Below, in pieces: positions 30,063 to 38,749 of a stretch of 64,000 nt of DNA. The DNA is from Gaiellaceae bacterium (lineage in GTDB: Bacteria > Actinomycetota > Thermoleophilia > Gaiellales > Gaiellaceae), in contig DASPTD010000053.1 in the NCBI GenBank assembly GCA_035623575.1, forward strand, positions 13,859 to 77,858. Reading direction: 5' to 3'. Every line of letters starts with the position of its first letter. Positions within the stretch are counted from its first letter, which is position 1. The notes below the pieces were generated by a model. That model made no database searches, had not been told where the DNA came from, and was given only the letters and a program-made list of their open reading frames with translations. The position numbers were made by a program, and so were the translations under genes.

Positions 30063-31073
30063 CTAGGCGGTCACGGTCGCCGGCACGTCGAGGTCGATGT
30101 CGAAGCCGGGCTTCGGCGCCACCTCCAGGCACCGCTCGCGCACCTCCAGGCTCGTGGCCTCCCAGCCGCGATCGCGTACCTCGGCGAGGAAGCTCGGCCG
30201 GAAGAGGATGCGGTGCATCAGCACGGGGACGAACAGCTGCTCCACGTCCTCCGGCGTGACGTAGCGGCGTGAGTGCAGGACGGCCCACGCGCGCGTGGCC
30301 CGGTTGAGCGCGAGCGAGCCGCGCACCGAGCTGCCGATCGCGACGATGTCGAGACGGCGCGTGGCGCGGACGAGCTCCACGATCCAGCGCCCGACCGCCT
30401 CGTGCACGAAGACACCCGCGATCGACGCACGCAGCAGCGCCACGTCGGCGAGGTCGATCGCCGGCGCGAGGCGCGCGAGTGGATGCCCGCCGAGCTGCTC
30501 GTCCACGATCTGCGCCTCGTGCTCGGCGTCCGGGTAGCCGAGCGTCGTCTTCACGAAGAAGCGGTCGAGCTGCGCCTCGGGGAGCGGGAACGTCCCCTCG
30601 TACTCGATCGGATTCTGCGTGGCCATCACGAGGAACGGCTCGCTGAGCCGGCGCGTCTCGCCGTCGACGGTGACCTGCTGTTCCGCCATCGCCTCGAGCA
30701 GCGCCGACTGGGTCTTCGGCATCGCCCGGTTGATCTCGTCGACGAGAACGATGTTCGCGAACACGGGACCCGGCCGGAACTCGAAGTCGCGCTCGCGCTG
30801 GTTGAAGATCGACAGCCCGGTGACGTCGGTCGGCTGCAGGTCGGGCGTGCACTGGATGCGCGTCGAATGAGCGCCCTGGATCGAGCCGGCGATCGAGCGC
30901 GCGAGCACGGTCTTGGCGGTTCCGGGTACGTCCTCGAGCAGCGCGTGCCCGCCGCACATGAGCGCGGCGACGACGAGCTTGATCTGCTCCCGCTTGCCGT
31001 GCACGACGGTCTCGATGTTGTCGAGGAACCGCTCGGCGACCTCGGTCGCCGAGTCCAGCTCGTCAGCGGTCAC
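30063..31073 (-). CDS. MoxR-family AAA+ ATPase
   Basis: 336 aa. Walker A DVPGTAKT, Walker B VLVDEINRA. GGAGG lies 6 nt upstream of GTG 31073. Confidence 0.9.
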   Translation of the reverse strand: MTADELDSATEVAERFLDNIETVVHGKREQIKLVVAALMCGGHALLEDVPGTAKTVLARSIAGSIQGAHSTRIQCTPDLQPTDVTGLSIFNQRERDFEFRPGPVFANIVLVDEINRAMPKTQSALLEAMAEQQVTVDGETRRLSEPFLVMATQNPIEYEGTFPLPEAQLDRFFVKTTLGYPDAEHEAQIVDEQLGGHPLARLAPAIDLADVALLRASIAGVFVHEAVGRWIVELVRATRRLDIVAIGSSVRGSLALNRATRAWAVLHSRRYVTPEDVEQLFVPVLMHRILFRPSFLAEVRDRGWEATSLEVRERCLEVAPKPGFDIDLDVPATVTA

Positions 31074-31107
31074 GCACGACCTCCGGGTCGGAGAACAGAG
31101 TACTTGC

Positions 31108-31137
31108 AGCCTACGTCTGCCTAGATAAGACGAACAA
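31108..31137 (-). promoter_or_regulatory. possible promoter of the MoxR operon (TTGTTC-N18-TAGGCT)
   Basis: Lies in the only AT-richer patch of the 204-bp spacer. The -10 fits the actinobacterial TANNNT pattern. Sequence-only prediction. Confidence 0.2.
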
Positions 31138-31218
31138 GAACGGTTTTCGTCAGGCGGGACGGCGTCGACCGCTCAGGGCGCTCGAGTGGGTGGGTGTTGC
31201 CATCAGGCCTGCCGGCGG

Positions 31219-31257
31219 GACCCCTGGTGCCAGGCACCGTGCCTGGCACCAGGGGTC
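31219..31257. repeat. palindromic element copy 2: perfect 39-nt palindrome GACCCCTGGTGCCAGGCAC-C-GTGCCTGGCACCAGGGGTC
   Basis: Read directly from the sequence, 21 nt downstream of the aldehyde dehydrogenase stop. The core matches 12137..12168. Confidence 0.65.
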
Positions 31258-31277
31258 AGTGCCCCCGCGCGGCGGCG

Positions 31278-32717
31278 TCACGCCAGCTTGATCGCCGCGT
31301 GCTTGATCTGGGTGTACTCCTCCATCGAGTACGCGGACATGTCCTTGCCGTAGCCCGACTGCTTGTAGCCGCCGTGCGGCATCTCCGAGGCGATCGGGAG
31401 CAGGTGGTCGTTGACCCACACCGTGCCGAACTGGAGCCGCTTCACCGCGTTCAGCGCCCGGCCGACGTCCTGCGTCCAGACCGACGCGGCCAGTCCGTAG
31501 CGGACGTCGTTGGCCCAGCGGATCGCCTCGTCGTCGTCGGCGAACCTCTGCACCGTCACGACGGGCCCGAAGACCTCGTCCTGCACGATCTCGTCCGTCT
31601 GCTTCACGTCGGTCACGACCGTCGGCTGGACGAAGAAGCCGCGGCTGCCGTTCGTTCCGCCGCCGGTGAGGACGGTCGCGCTCTCGGCCCGCTCGAGGAA
31701 GCCGAGGATCCGCTCCTGCTGCGCCTGCGAGATGACCGACCCCATCTCGATCTCGTCGCTCTCCATCGGATCGCCGACCTTGAGCGACTCGACCTGGGGC
31801 ACGAGCTCTTCGAGCAGCCTGTCGTAGATCTTCGGCCCCGCGATCACGCGCGAGCCGGCGGTGCAGTCCTGGCCGGAGTTCCAGTAGCCGGCGAGCCGGA
31901 TCCCGGCCGCGACCGCCGCCGGGTCGGCATCGTCGAAGACGACCATCGGCGCCTTGCCGCCGAGCTCGAGGTGGACGCGCTTGAGCGTGTCGGCCGCGTT
32001 CTTCGCGATCAGCTTGCCCGTCGACACATCGCCGGTGAGCGAGACGAGCCGCACGTCCGGGTGCGCGACGATCCGCTCGCCGGCGGGCACGCCGTCGCCC
32101 GTGACGACGCTCAGCACGCCGGCCGGGATCACCTCCTGCGCGAGCTGCACGAACCGCAGCAGCGACAGCGGCGTCTGCTCCGACGGCTTGAGGATCTGGA
32201 CGTTGCCCGCGGCCAGAGCCGGCCCCATCTTCCAGACCGCCATCATCAACGGGTAGTTCCACGGGCAGATGCCGCCGACGATGCCGAGCGGCTCGCGCCG
32301 GATGATCGACGTGTAACCGGCGATGTACTCGCCCGCCGACTTCCCCTCGAGGTGCCGGGCGGCGCCTGCGAAGAAGCGCAGGTTGTCGGCGCAGAAGGGG
32401 ATCTCGTCCCGCGACGCCATCAGCGGCTTGCCGACATTGAGCGACTCGAGCCGGGCGAGCTCCTCGGCGTTCTCGTCCAGGACGTCGGCCAGCCTGTGCA
32501 GGAGCTCCGACCGCTCCTTCGGCGTCACGTCGAGCCACTCCGGCAGCCTCTTCTTGGCCGCCGCGACCGTGCGGTCGACGTCCTCGGCGCCGCATTTCGG
32601 CACCTCGGCGACGACCTGCCCCGTCGCCGGGTTGATCACCTCCATCGTCTCGCCGGAGGCGGCGTCGCTCCACTCGCCGCCGATGAAGCACTTGTACTCC
32701 GTCTTCGTCGCGCTCAT
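31278..32717 (-). CDS. NAD-dependent aldehyde dehydrogenase (gamma-aminobutyraldehyde dehydrogenase-like)
   Basis: 479 aa, ALDH family throughout (ELGGKAP, catalytic Cys in GQDCTAGSR). Last gene of the putrescine-type operon. Confidence 0.9.
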   Translation of the reverse strand: MSATKTEYKCFIGGEWSDAASGETMEVINPATGQVVAEVPKCGAEDVDRTVAAAKKRLPEWLDVTPKERSELLHRLADVLDENAEELARLESLNVGKPLMASRDEIPFCADNLRFFAGAARHLEGKSAGEYIAGYTSIIRREPLGIVGGICPWNYPLMMAVWKMGPALAAGNVQILKPSEQTPLSLLRFVQLAQEVIPAGVLSVVTGDGVPAGERIVAHPDVRLVSLTGDVSTGKLIAKNAADTLKRVHLELGGKAPMVVFDDADPAAVAAGIRLAGYWNSGQDCTAGSRVIAGPKIYDRLLEELVPQVESLKVGDPMESDEIEMGSVISQAQQERILGFLERAESATVLTGGGTNGSRGFFVQPTVVTDVKQTDEIVQDEVFGPVVTVQRFADDDEAIRWANDVRYGLAASVWTQDVGRALNAVKRLQFGTVWVNDHLLPIASEMPHGGYKQSGYGKDMSAYSMEEYTQIKHAAIKLA

Positions 32718-32730
32718 CGAACCCTCCTGT

Positions 32731-33573
32731 TCAGACTGCGGTGATCTGGGCCGACTCTACGGCCTCGGTGACGTTACCGGCGGAACGACGGAGAACGCCT
32801 GTGTCGCGCATCAGCCGCTGCGCGAGCAGGACGGGAATCGCCGTCAGGACGATCATCGCGAACGCGATCACGTTCACGACGGGAAGCTGCTGGCCGAGAC
32901 GGATGTAGCCGAGGATGAGGAGGGGGATCGTGTTCTGCGCTCCCGCGGTGAACGTCGTGACGATCACCTCGTCGAACGACAGTGCGAACGCGAGCAGACC
33001 CCCGGCCACGAGCGCGGTCGAGAGGACCGGCCAGATGACGAACCGGAAGGTCTGCCAGCCGTCGGCGCCGAGGTCCTGTGAGGCCTCGATCAGCGACGGC
33101 GACGACCGCCGGAGCCGGGCGAGGACGTTGTTGTAGACGATCACGACGCAGAAGGTCGCATGGCCGACCACGATCGTCCAGAGCGAGAGGTTGATGTTGC
33201 CGGCGACGAAGGCCGCGTTCAGGGCGATGCCGGTGACGATTCCCGGCAGCGCGATCGGGAGGACGAGGAGGAACGACACGGCCTCCCGGCCGAAGAACCG
33301 GAACCGGGCGACGCCGAAGGCCGCCGCAGAGCCGAGGACGAGCGCGATGCCGGTGGCGATCAGCCCGACCCGTACCGACAGCCACAACGAGGTTCTGACC
33401 TCCGACGTCCAGGCGGCGCGGAACCAGTGGGTCGTGAACGCAGGAATCGGCCAGCTCTGCACGTTCGACTTGTTGAACGCGTAGAGGATGATCAGCGCGA
33501 GCGGGATCCAGAGGAAGAGGACGACGAGGGTCGACCAGACGGCGAGCCCGATGCGGGTCGAGCGCTGCTCCAC
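32731..33573 (-). CDS. potC: spermidine/putrescine-type ABC permease
   Basis: 280 aa multi-TM protein with a binding-protein-dependent transport inner-membrane motif. Confidence 0.8.
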   Translation of the reverse strand: MEQRSTRIGLAVWSTLVVLFLWIPLALIILYAFNKSNVQSWPIPAFTTHWFRAAWTSEVRTSLWLSVRVGLIATGIALVLGSAAAFGVARFRFFGREAVSFLLVLPIALPGIVTGIALNAAFVAGNINLSLWTIVVGHATFCVVIVYNNVLARLRRSSPSLIEASQDLGADGWQTFRFVIWPVLSTALVAGGLLAFALSFDEVIVTTFTAGAQNTIPLLILGYIRLGQQLPVVNVIAFAMIVLTAIPVLLAQRLMRDTGVLRRSAGNVTEAVESAQITAV

Positions 33574-34424
33574 TACAACGCCTCGAATGCGCCGAGCTTG
33601 CGCGCGATCAAGAGGTAGACGCCCATGACGGCGAGCGGAACGACGGCAAACGCGGCCGCAGAAGGCACGTCACCGGAGCCGATCTGGCTGTAGACGACGT
33701 TGCCGATGAACTGCGACGAGGCCCCGCCGGCGAGGAGCGGGGTGACGTAGTCGCCGAGCGTCAGCGAGAAGGTGAAGATCGAGCCGGCGACCACGCCTGG
33801 GAGCGCGAGCGGGAGCACGACGCGCCTGAAGGTGGTGAACCCGCCTGCGCCCAGATCGCGCGAGGCCTCGACGTACGATTCGGGGATGCGCTCGAGCGCG
33901 CCGTACACGGGGAGCACCATGAAGGGCAGCCACACGTAGGTGAAGATGAGCCAGACGGCCCAGTTCGAGTAGCCGATGTTCGCCGCCGGGAGGCCGACCT
34001 TTCCGAGCGTCCAGTTGAGGATGCCCTTGTCGTCGAGGATGAGCCGCCAGATGTAGACCCGCACGAGGTAGCTCGACCACAGCGGGAGCAGGACGGCGAC
34101 GAAGACGAACGCGCGCGAGCGGCCGCCCGCGACGCGCGCCATGAAGTAGCCGAGCGGGAAGGCCAGGATCGTGTCGGTGAGCGTCACCGCGGCGGCGATG
34201 CCGACGGTGCGGAGCGTCACCACGCGGAAGACGCTCGAGTCCCATAGTGCGGTGTAGTTCTGGACGTTCCAGACGTGCTGGATCTCCGTCGTCAGCGGGT
34301 TGATCGTCCAGAACGAGGAGACGAACAGCGCGAAGAGCGAGGCGAGGTAGACGAGGATGAAGGCGAGCAGCGGCGGAGCGAGCAGCAGGAGCGCCTTCGC
34401 CCACGGGTGCCGCCAGAAGAGCAT
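33573..34424 (-). CDS. potB: spermidine/putrescine-type ABC permease
   Basis: Start taken at ATG 34424 (MLFWRHPWAKALLLLAPP), 50 nt after the binding-protein stop. The longer track ORF would overlap that gene. Confidence 0.8.
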   Translation of the reverse strand: MLFWRHPWAKALLLLAPPLLAFILVYLASLFALFVSSFWTINPLTTEIQHVWNVQNYTALWDSSVFRVVTLRTVGIAAAVTLTDTILAFPLGYFMARVAGGRSRAFVFVAVLLPLWSSYLVRVYIWRLILDDKGILNWTLGKVGLPAANIGYSNWAVWLIFTYVWLPFMVLPVYGALERIPESYVEASRDLGAGGFTTFRRVVLPLALPGVVAGSIFTFSLTLGDYVTPLLAGGASSQFIGNVVYSQIGSGDVPSAAAFAVVPLAVMGVYLLIARKLGAFEAL

Positions 34425-34474
34425 GGAGAGGCGGAGCCGGGCCGCCCGTGCGGGGCGGCCCGGCGGTCTGCGAC

Positions 34475-35623
34475 TCAGCCCTTGAGCTGAGTCCAGGCTT
34501 GCTGCCACTTCGTGTAGTCCATGCAGTCGTTCTGGCCGTTGTCGCACGTGGCGATCGGGGTCTTCCAGAACTTGATCGAGTTGAAATAGCTCGCCGAGGC
34601 ACCGCAGTGGTACTGCGCCGCCGATCCCGGCGAGAGCTTGTTCATGATCGGACAGGCAAGCGGGTTGGCGGGCGTCTCACCGAAGTAGATCGCCTGCTCC
34701 GCCTGCACCTTCGGCGTCGAGACCCACGCCATCCACTTGTACATGCAGTTCGGGTGCTTGGCGTGCGCCGACATCATCCACGTGTCGGCCCAGCCCGTCG
34801 CGCCCTCCGTCGGGATCAGGTCCTTGACCGGCACCTTCGCCGCCTGGAGCGTGTTCGTCTGGTACGGCCACGAGGCTCCGACGACGGCGTCGCCGTTCTT
34901 GAACAGGTCGATCTCGTCGGACGCGAGCGCCCAGTACTTCTTGATCAGCGGCTTCTGCTGCTTCAGCAGGTTGACCGCCGCGTTGAACTGCGTCGAGGTC
35001 AGCTCGTAGGGGTCCGTGATCTTCAGCGACGGCTGCGCCTTCGCCAGGTAGAGGGCGGCGTCGGCGATCTGGATCGGGTTGTCCGGCACCGTGATCTTGC
35101 CCTTGTACTTCGGCGAGTAGATGACCGACCAGCTCGTCGGCGCCGGCTTCACGAGCTTCGTGTTGTAGAGCAGCGTATTCGGGCCCCACTGCAGCGAGAT
35201 CCCGTAGTGGACGCCCTTCACCGTGTTGTGGGGCGGCGACTTCAGCGCCGGGATGAAGTTCTTCCAGTCCGGGATGAGGTTGGGGTTCACCGGCTGCACG
35301 TCGTGCCCGTAGATGAGCCGGAGGCTCGCGTCGCCCGACGCCGAGACGCCGTCGTACTGGGAACCGCCGCCCTGGCGCATGAGCGTCACCATCTCGTCCG
35401 ACGAGCCCGCGTACTTCGCGTTCACCTGGCAGCCCGTCGCCTTCTCGAACGGCTTCACCCATTGCGGCTGGGTGTAGCCCTCCCACGCGATGAGGTTCAG
35501 CTGCCCTTCGCCCGGCCCGACCGACGTGGGAAGTCCGTTACCCGAGCTCACGCCTGCCGCCGGTACGCACAGCGCTGCTGCGAGCACGGCGACGAGGACG
35601 TGCACCCTGCGAATACGTGTCAC
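34475..35623 (-). CDS. potD: spermidine/putrescine-type ABC substrate-binding protein
   Basis: 382 aa with a signal peptide and PotD/PotF-like sequence. GTG start overlaps the ATPase stop (GTGA). Confidence 0.85.
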   Translation of the reverse strand: MTRIRRVHVLVAVLAAALCVPAAGVSSGNGLPTSVGPGEGQLNLIAWEGYTQPQWVKPFEKATGCQVNAKYAGSSDEMVTLMRQGGGSQYDGVSASGDASLRLIYGHDVQPVNPNLIPDWKNFIPALKSPPHNTVKGVHYGISLQWGPNTLLYNTKLVKPAPTSWSVIYSPKYKGKITVPDNPIQIADAALYLAKAQPSLKITDPYELTSTQFNAAVNLLKQQKPLIKKYWALASDEIDLFKNGDAVVGASWPYQTNTLQAAKVPVKDLIPTEGATGWADTWMMSAHAKHPNCMYKWMAWVSTPKVQAEQAIYFGETPANPLACPIMNKLSPGSAAQYHCGASASYFNSIKFWKTPIATCDNGQNDCMDYTKWQQAWTQLKG

Positions 35624-36669
35624 TGCTCGTCTCCCTCCTTCTCGACGGTGATCTCGTACGTGTGCTCCGGCAGCCAGCTCAGCCGGACCCTCCTGCCCCG
35701 TGCCTCGAGCGCTTCCTGGGAGGAGGTCTCGAGGTTCTGCCGCACGACGACGAGCTCGCCCCCGGAGTCGAGCTCGACGACATAGCGGGTGACCATCCCC
35801 AGGTAGACGACGTCCCGTACCCGGCCCGGCTCGCCGTCGCCGTCGGTGCTCATGTGGATCTTCTCCGGGCGGATGGTGACGCGCCGGCCGTCGCGCTCGA
35901 GCACGTTCGAGACGCCGACGAAGCCGGCGACGAACTCGGTTCCGGGGTGCTCGTAGACGTCGGCGGGCGTGCCGATCTGCTCGATCCTCCCGTCGTTGAA
36001 GACGGCGAGGCGGTCGCTCATCGTGAGCGCCTCCTCCTGGTCGTGCGTGACGTACACGAAGGTGATCCCGAGCTCGCGCTGGAGCTCCTTCAGGAAGACC
36101 TGCATCTCCTGGCGCAGCTTCAGGTCGAGCGCGCCGAGCGGCTCGTCGAGGAGGAGCACGGACGGGCTGTTGACGATCGCCCGCGCGAGCGCGACGCGCT
36201 GGCGCTGGCCGCCGGAGAGCTGCACCGGCCGCCGGCCGCCGACATGGGGGAGGCGCACGCGCTCGAGCACCTCGGTCGCCCTGGCGCGCCGCTCCCTCCG
36301 GCCCACGCCCTTCACGCGCAGTCCGTACTCGACGTTCTCGAGCACCGACATGTGCGGGAAGAGGGCGTAGTCCTGAAAGACGGTGTTGACGTCGCGCTCC
36401 GACGGCGCCGTCTGCGTCACGTCGGTGCCGGCGAGCTCGACGCGGCCGGCGTCGGGCCGCTCGAAGCCGGCGATCACGCGCAGCGTCGTCGTCTTCCCGG
36501 AGCCGGACGGGCCGAGCAGCGTGAAGAACTCGCCCTCGGCGATGTCGAGGTCGAGGCGCGCGATTGCCACGACGTCGCCGTAGGTGCGGCGAATCCCCGT
36601 CAGGCGGACCGCGGGTGCCGTGGCCCGGCCCGCCGCCACCCCGGGCTCAGCCGGCGCCTGCGTCGCCAA
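35620..36669 (-). CDS. potA: spermidine/putrescine-type ABC ATP-binding protein
   Basis: 349 aa, TTG start. Walker A GPSGSGKTT, signature LSGGQRQR, and a C-terminal TOBE-like domain. Confidence 0.9.
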   Translation of the reverse strand: MATQAPAEPGVAAGRATAPAVRLTGIRRTYGDVVAIARLDLDIAEGEFFTLLGPSGSGKTTTLRVIAGFERPDAGRVELAGTDVTQTAPSERDVNTVFQDYALFPHMSVLENVEYGLRVKGVGRRERRARATEVLERVRLPHVGGRRPVQLSGGQRQRVALARAIVNSPSVLLLDEPLGALDLKLRQEMQVFLKELQRELGITFVYVTHDQEEALTMSDRLAVFNDGRIEQIGTPADVYEHPGTEFVAGFVGVSNVLERDGRRVTIRPEKIHMSTDGDGEPGRVRDVVYLGMVTRYVVELDSGGELVVVRQNLETSSQEALEARGRRVRLSWLPEHTYEITVEKEGDEQ

Positions 36670-37921
36670 GCGCCTCCTCGAGGATCGCGAGCCCGTGCTC
36701 GAGCTCGTCGTCCGTCGCCGAGAGCGGCGGCAACAGCCGGAGCACGTTTCCGTACAGGCCGCACGAGAGGAGGATCAGGCCCTTCTCCCGGGCCGCGCCG
36801 GTCACGGCCTTCGCGTGGTCGGCGCTCTGCTCGGCGAGCTCGAGCGCGAGCATCGCCCCGAGCCCGCGCACCTCGCCGACGATCGGCTGCCTGAGGGCGA
36901 TCTCGTCCAGCCGCGCCCTCAGCAGGCCTGCGATCTGGTCCGCCCGCTCGCGGAAGCCCGGCGACGCGAGCTCGTCCAGGACCGCGAGCGCGGCCGCGCA
37001 GCAGACGGGGTTGCCGCCGAACGTGCCGCCGAGCCCGCCGGTGTGCACCGCGTCCATGATCTCGGCGCGCCCGGTGACGGCCGCGAGCGGCAGCCCGCCG
37101 CCGAGCGTCTTGCCGGCGACGAGCAGGTCGGGCTCGATCCCGTAGTGCTCGATCGCCCACAGCGGGCCGGTGCGGCCGCAGCCGGCCTGCACCTCGTCGT
37201 CGACATAGAGGATCCCGTGCCCGCGGCAGATCTCGTGCAGCGCGGTCACGAAGTCCGGCGGCATGGCGATGAAGCCGCCCTCGCCCTGCACCGGCTCGAG
37301 CACGACGCAGGCGACCTCGGCCGGATCGACATCCTGCCTGAAGAGCAGCTCGAGCCCGCTCAGCGCGTCCTCGGTCGTGACGCCCCGGTACGGATAGGGC
37401 GCCGGCGCCCGGTGGACGTCCGTCGCCAGCGGCCCGAAGCCCTTCTTGTAGACGAGCTTCGACGTCATCGCCATGGTGAGGTTCGTCCGTCCGTGGAAGG
37501 CCCGGTCGAAGACGACGACGCCGTCTCGGCCGGTCGCGGCGCGCGCGATCTTGACCGCGTTCTCGATCCCTTCCGCGCCCGAGTTGAGCAGGACGGACTT
37601 CGTCGCCGCGTCGCCGGGCCAGAGCTCGTCGAGCCGGCGGCAGAGCTCCACGTATGGCTCGTACATGCCGACCATGAAGCACTGGTGCAGGTAGCGGTCG
37701 ACCTGCTCGTGGATCGCCCGGACGACGCCGGCCGGGCCGTGGCCGAGGTTCTGGCAGGCGATGCCGCCGGCGAAGTCGAGGTACTCGCGCCCCTCGGCGT
37801 CCCAGACCTTCGCTCCCCAGGCGCGGCTGACGACGAGGTCGGAGGTGGAGATGCCGCGCGGAACGTAGCGCTCGCGCGCGTGCATGACGTCCCCGGTGGC
37901 GGCACGTTCGTCGACCCGCAT
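36647..37921 (-). CDS. gabT: class-III aminotransferase (4-aminobutyrate / putrescine aminotransferase-like)
   Basis: Class-III PLP fold with a GabT-like N-terminus (ERYVPRGIST). Start set at ATG 37921 with GGAAGGAG upstream. The longer alternative is 37978. Confidence 0.8.
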   Translation of the reverse strand: MRVDERAATGDVMHARERYVPRGISTSDLVVSRAWGAKVWDAEGREYLDFAGGIACQNLGHGPAGVVRAIHEQVDRYLHQCFMVGMYEPYVELCRRLDELWPGDAATKSVLLNSGAEGIENAVKIARAATGRDGVVVFDRAFHGRTNLTMAMTSKLVYKKGFGPLATDVHRAPAPYPYRGVTTEDALSGLELLFRQDVDPAEVACVVLEPVQGEGGFIAMPPDFVTALHEICRGHGILYVDDEVQAGCGRTGPLWAIEHYGIEPDLLVAGKTLGGGLPLAAVTGRAEIMDAVHTGGLGGTFGGNPVCCAAALAVLDELASPGFRERADQIAGLLRARLDEIALRQPIVGEVRGLGAMLALELAEQSADHAKAVTGAAREKGLILLSCGLYGNVLRLLPPLSATDDELEHGLAILEEALGDAGAG

Positions 37922-38002
37922 CCGGGGGAGATTATCTCCTTCCCGGATGCGAGGATTCAACGGGGAGGCAGCGCGCACATGCGTGGCTGCGACGAGGGTT
38001 TC

Positions 38003-38018
38003 CTGCGCAAATGCGCAG
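38003..38018. promoter_or_regulatory. perfect palindrome CTGCGCA-AA-TGCGCAG between the hydrogenase operon end and the gabT start
   Basis: Read directly from the sequence. Lies 13 nt after the hypA-like stop and about 82 nt upstream of gabT ATG 37921. Could be a weak terminator or an operator. Confidence 0.25.
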
Positions 38019-38030
38019 CCGGCGCGGCGT

Positions 38031-38294
38031 TCAGCCGACCTCGACGTCGACCGAGTCGAGCACGATCGACTGCGCGAGCGGGTCCTTCGGGTCGATCTGC
38101 TCGACCTCGCATCGGGCGCCCTCGGCGATCGTGCCCCGGGTCGCGTCGACGAAGTGCTCGACGAAGTGGTCCGGCGTCATGTGGGACATCGGGCCGATGC
38201 GCACCCGCACGCAGGTGACCGCGCGGGCACGCTCCCGCTCGGCGACCGACTCGATCTCGCGCACGAGGTCCTTGAGCAGCGCGGCCTCGTGCAT
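38031..38294 (-). CDS. hypA: HypA-like nickel metallochaperone lacking the zinc-finger domain
   Basis: 87 aa. N-terminal MHE and LxxLxxxIE helix as in HypA. No CxxC pairs at all. Start overlaps the protease stop by 1 nt. Confidence 0.6.
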   Translation of the reverse strand: MHEAALLKDLVREIESVAERERARAVTCVRVRIGPMSHMTPDHFVEHFVDATRGTIAEGARCEVEQIDPKDPLAQSIVLDSVDVEVG

Positions 38295-38749
38295 CAGCGG
38301 CCCGACTCGAGCTCGCGGCGTATCGACGCGGCGACGAGCGCGGCTGCGGTCGCGACCGGCTCGGAGATCTCCGCGCCCGTCTCGAAGCCGGCGCCCTCGA
38401 TCCCGTAGACGATCGCCCGGCCGGGCAGCCGTCCCAGCGCACGCGCGAGCTCGACCGCCTCGGCGACGCCGAGCAGGTGCGTGGAGGAGCGGCTCAGCTC
38501 CGGCGGCAGGGGCCCGTCGTGCGCCGCGATGCGGCGGATCGTGCCCGGCTGGGCGCCCGACTGGGTCGCGTCGACGACGATCGTCCGGTCACAGTCCTCC
38601 CAGGCCGCGAGCAGCGACACGGGCTCGCCTTCGCACTCGAGCACGCGGACGTCCTTGGGCAGCGTCCCCTCGAGCGCCCGCGCGACCACCAGCCCGACCC
38701 CGTCGTCGCCGCGCAGCTCGTTGCCGACGCCGACGACGCAGGTCGTCAT
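38294..38749 (-). CDS. hydrogenase maturation endopeptidase
   Basis: ATG 38749 ([19 protein letters not shown]), a HyaD/HoxW/FrhD-type motif. ATGA overlap with the large-subunit stop. Confidence 0.8.
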   Translation of the reverse strand: MTTCVVGVGNELRGDDGVGLVVARALEGTLPKDVRVLECEGEPVSLLAAWEDCDRTIVVDATQSGAQPGTIRRIAAHDGPLPPELSRSSTHLLGVAEAVELARALGRLPGRAIVYGIEGAGFETGAEISEPVATAAALVAASIRRELESGR

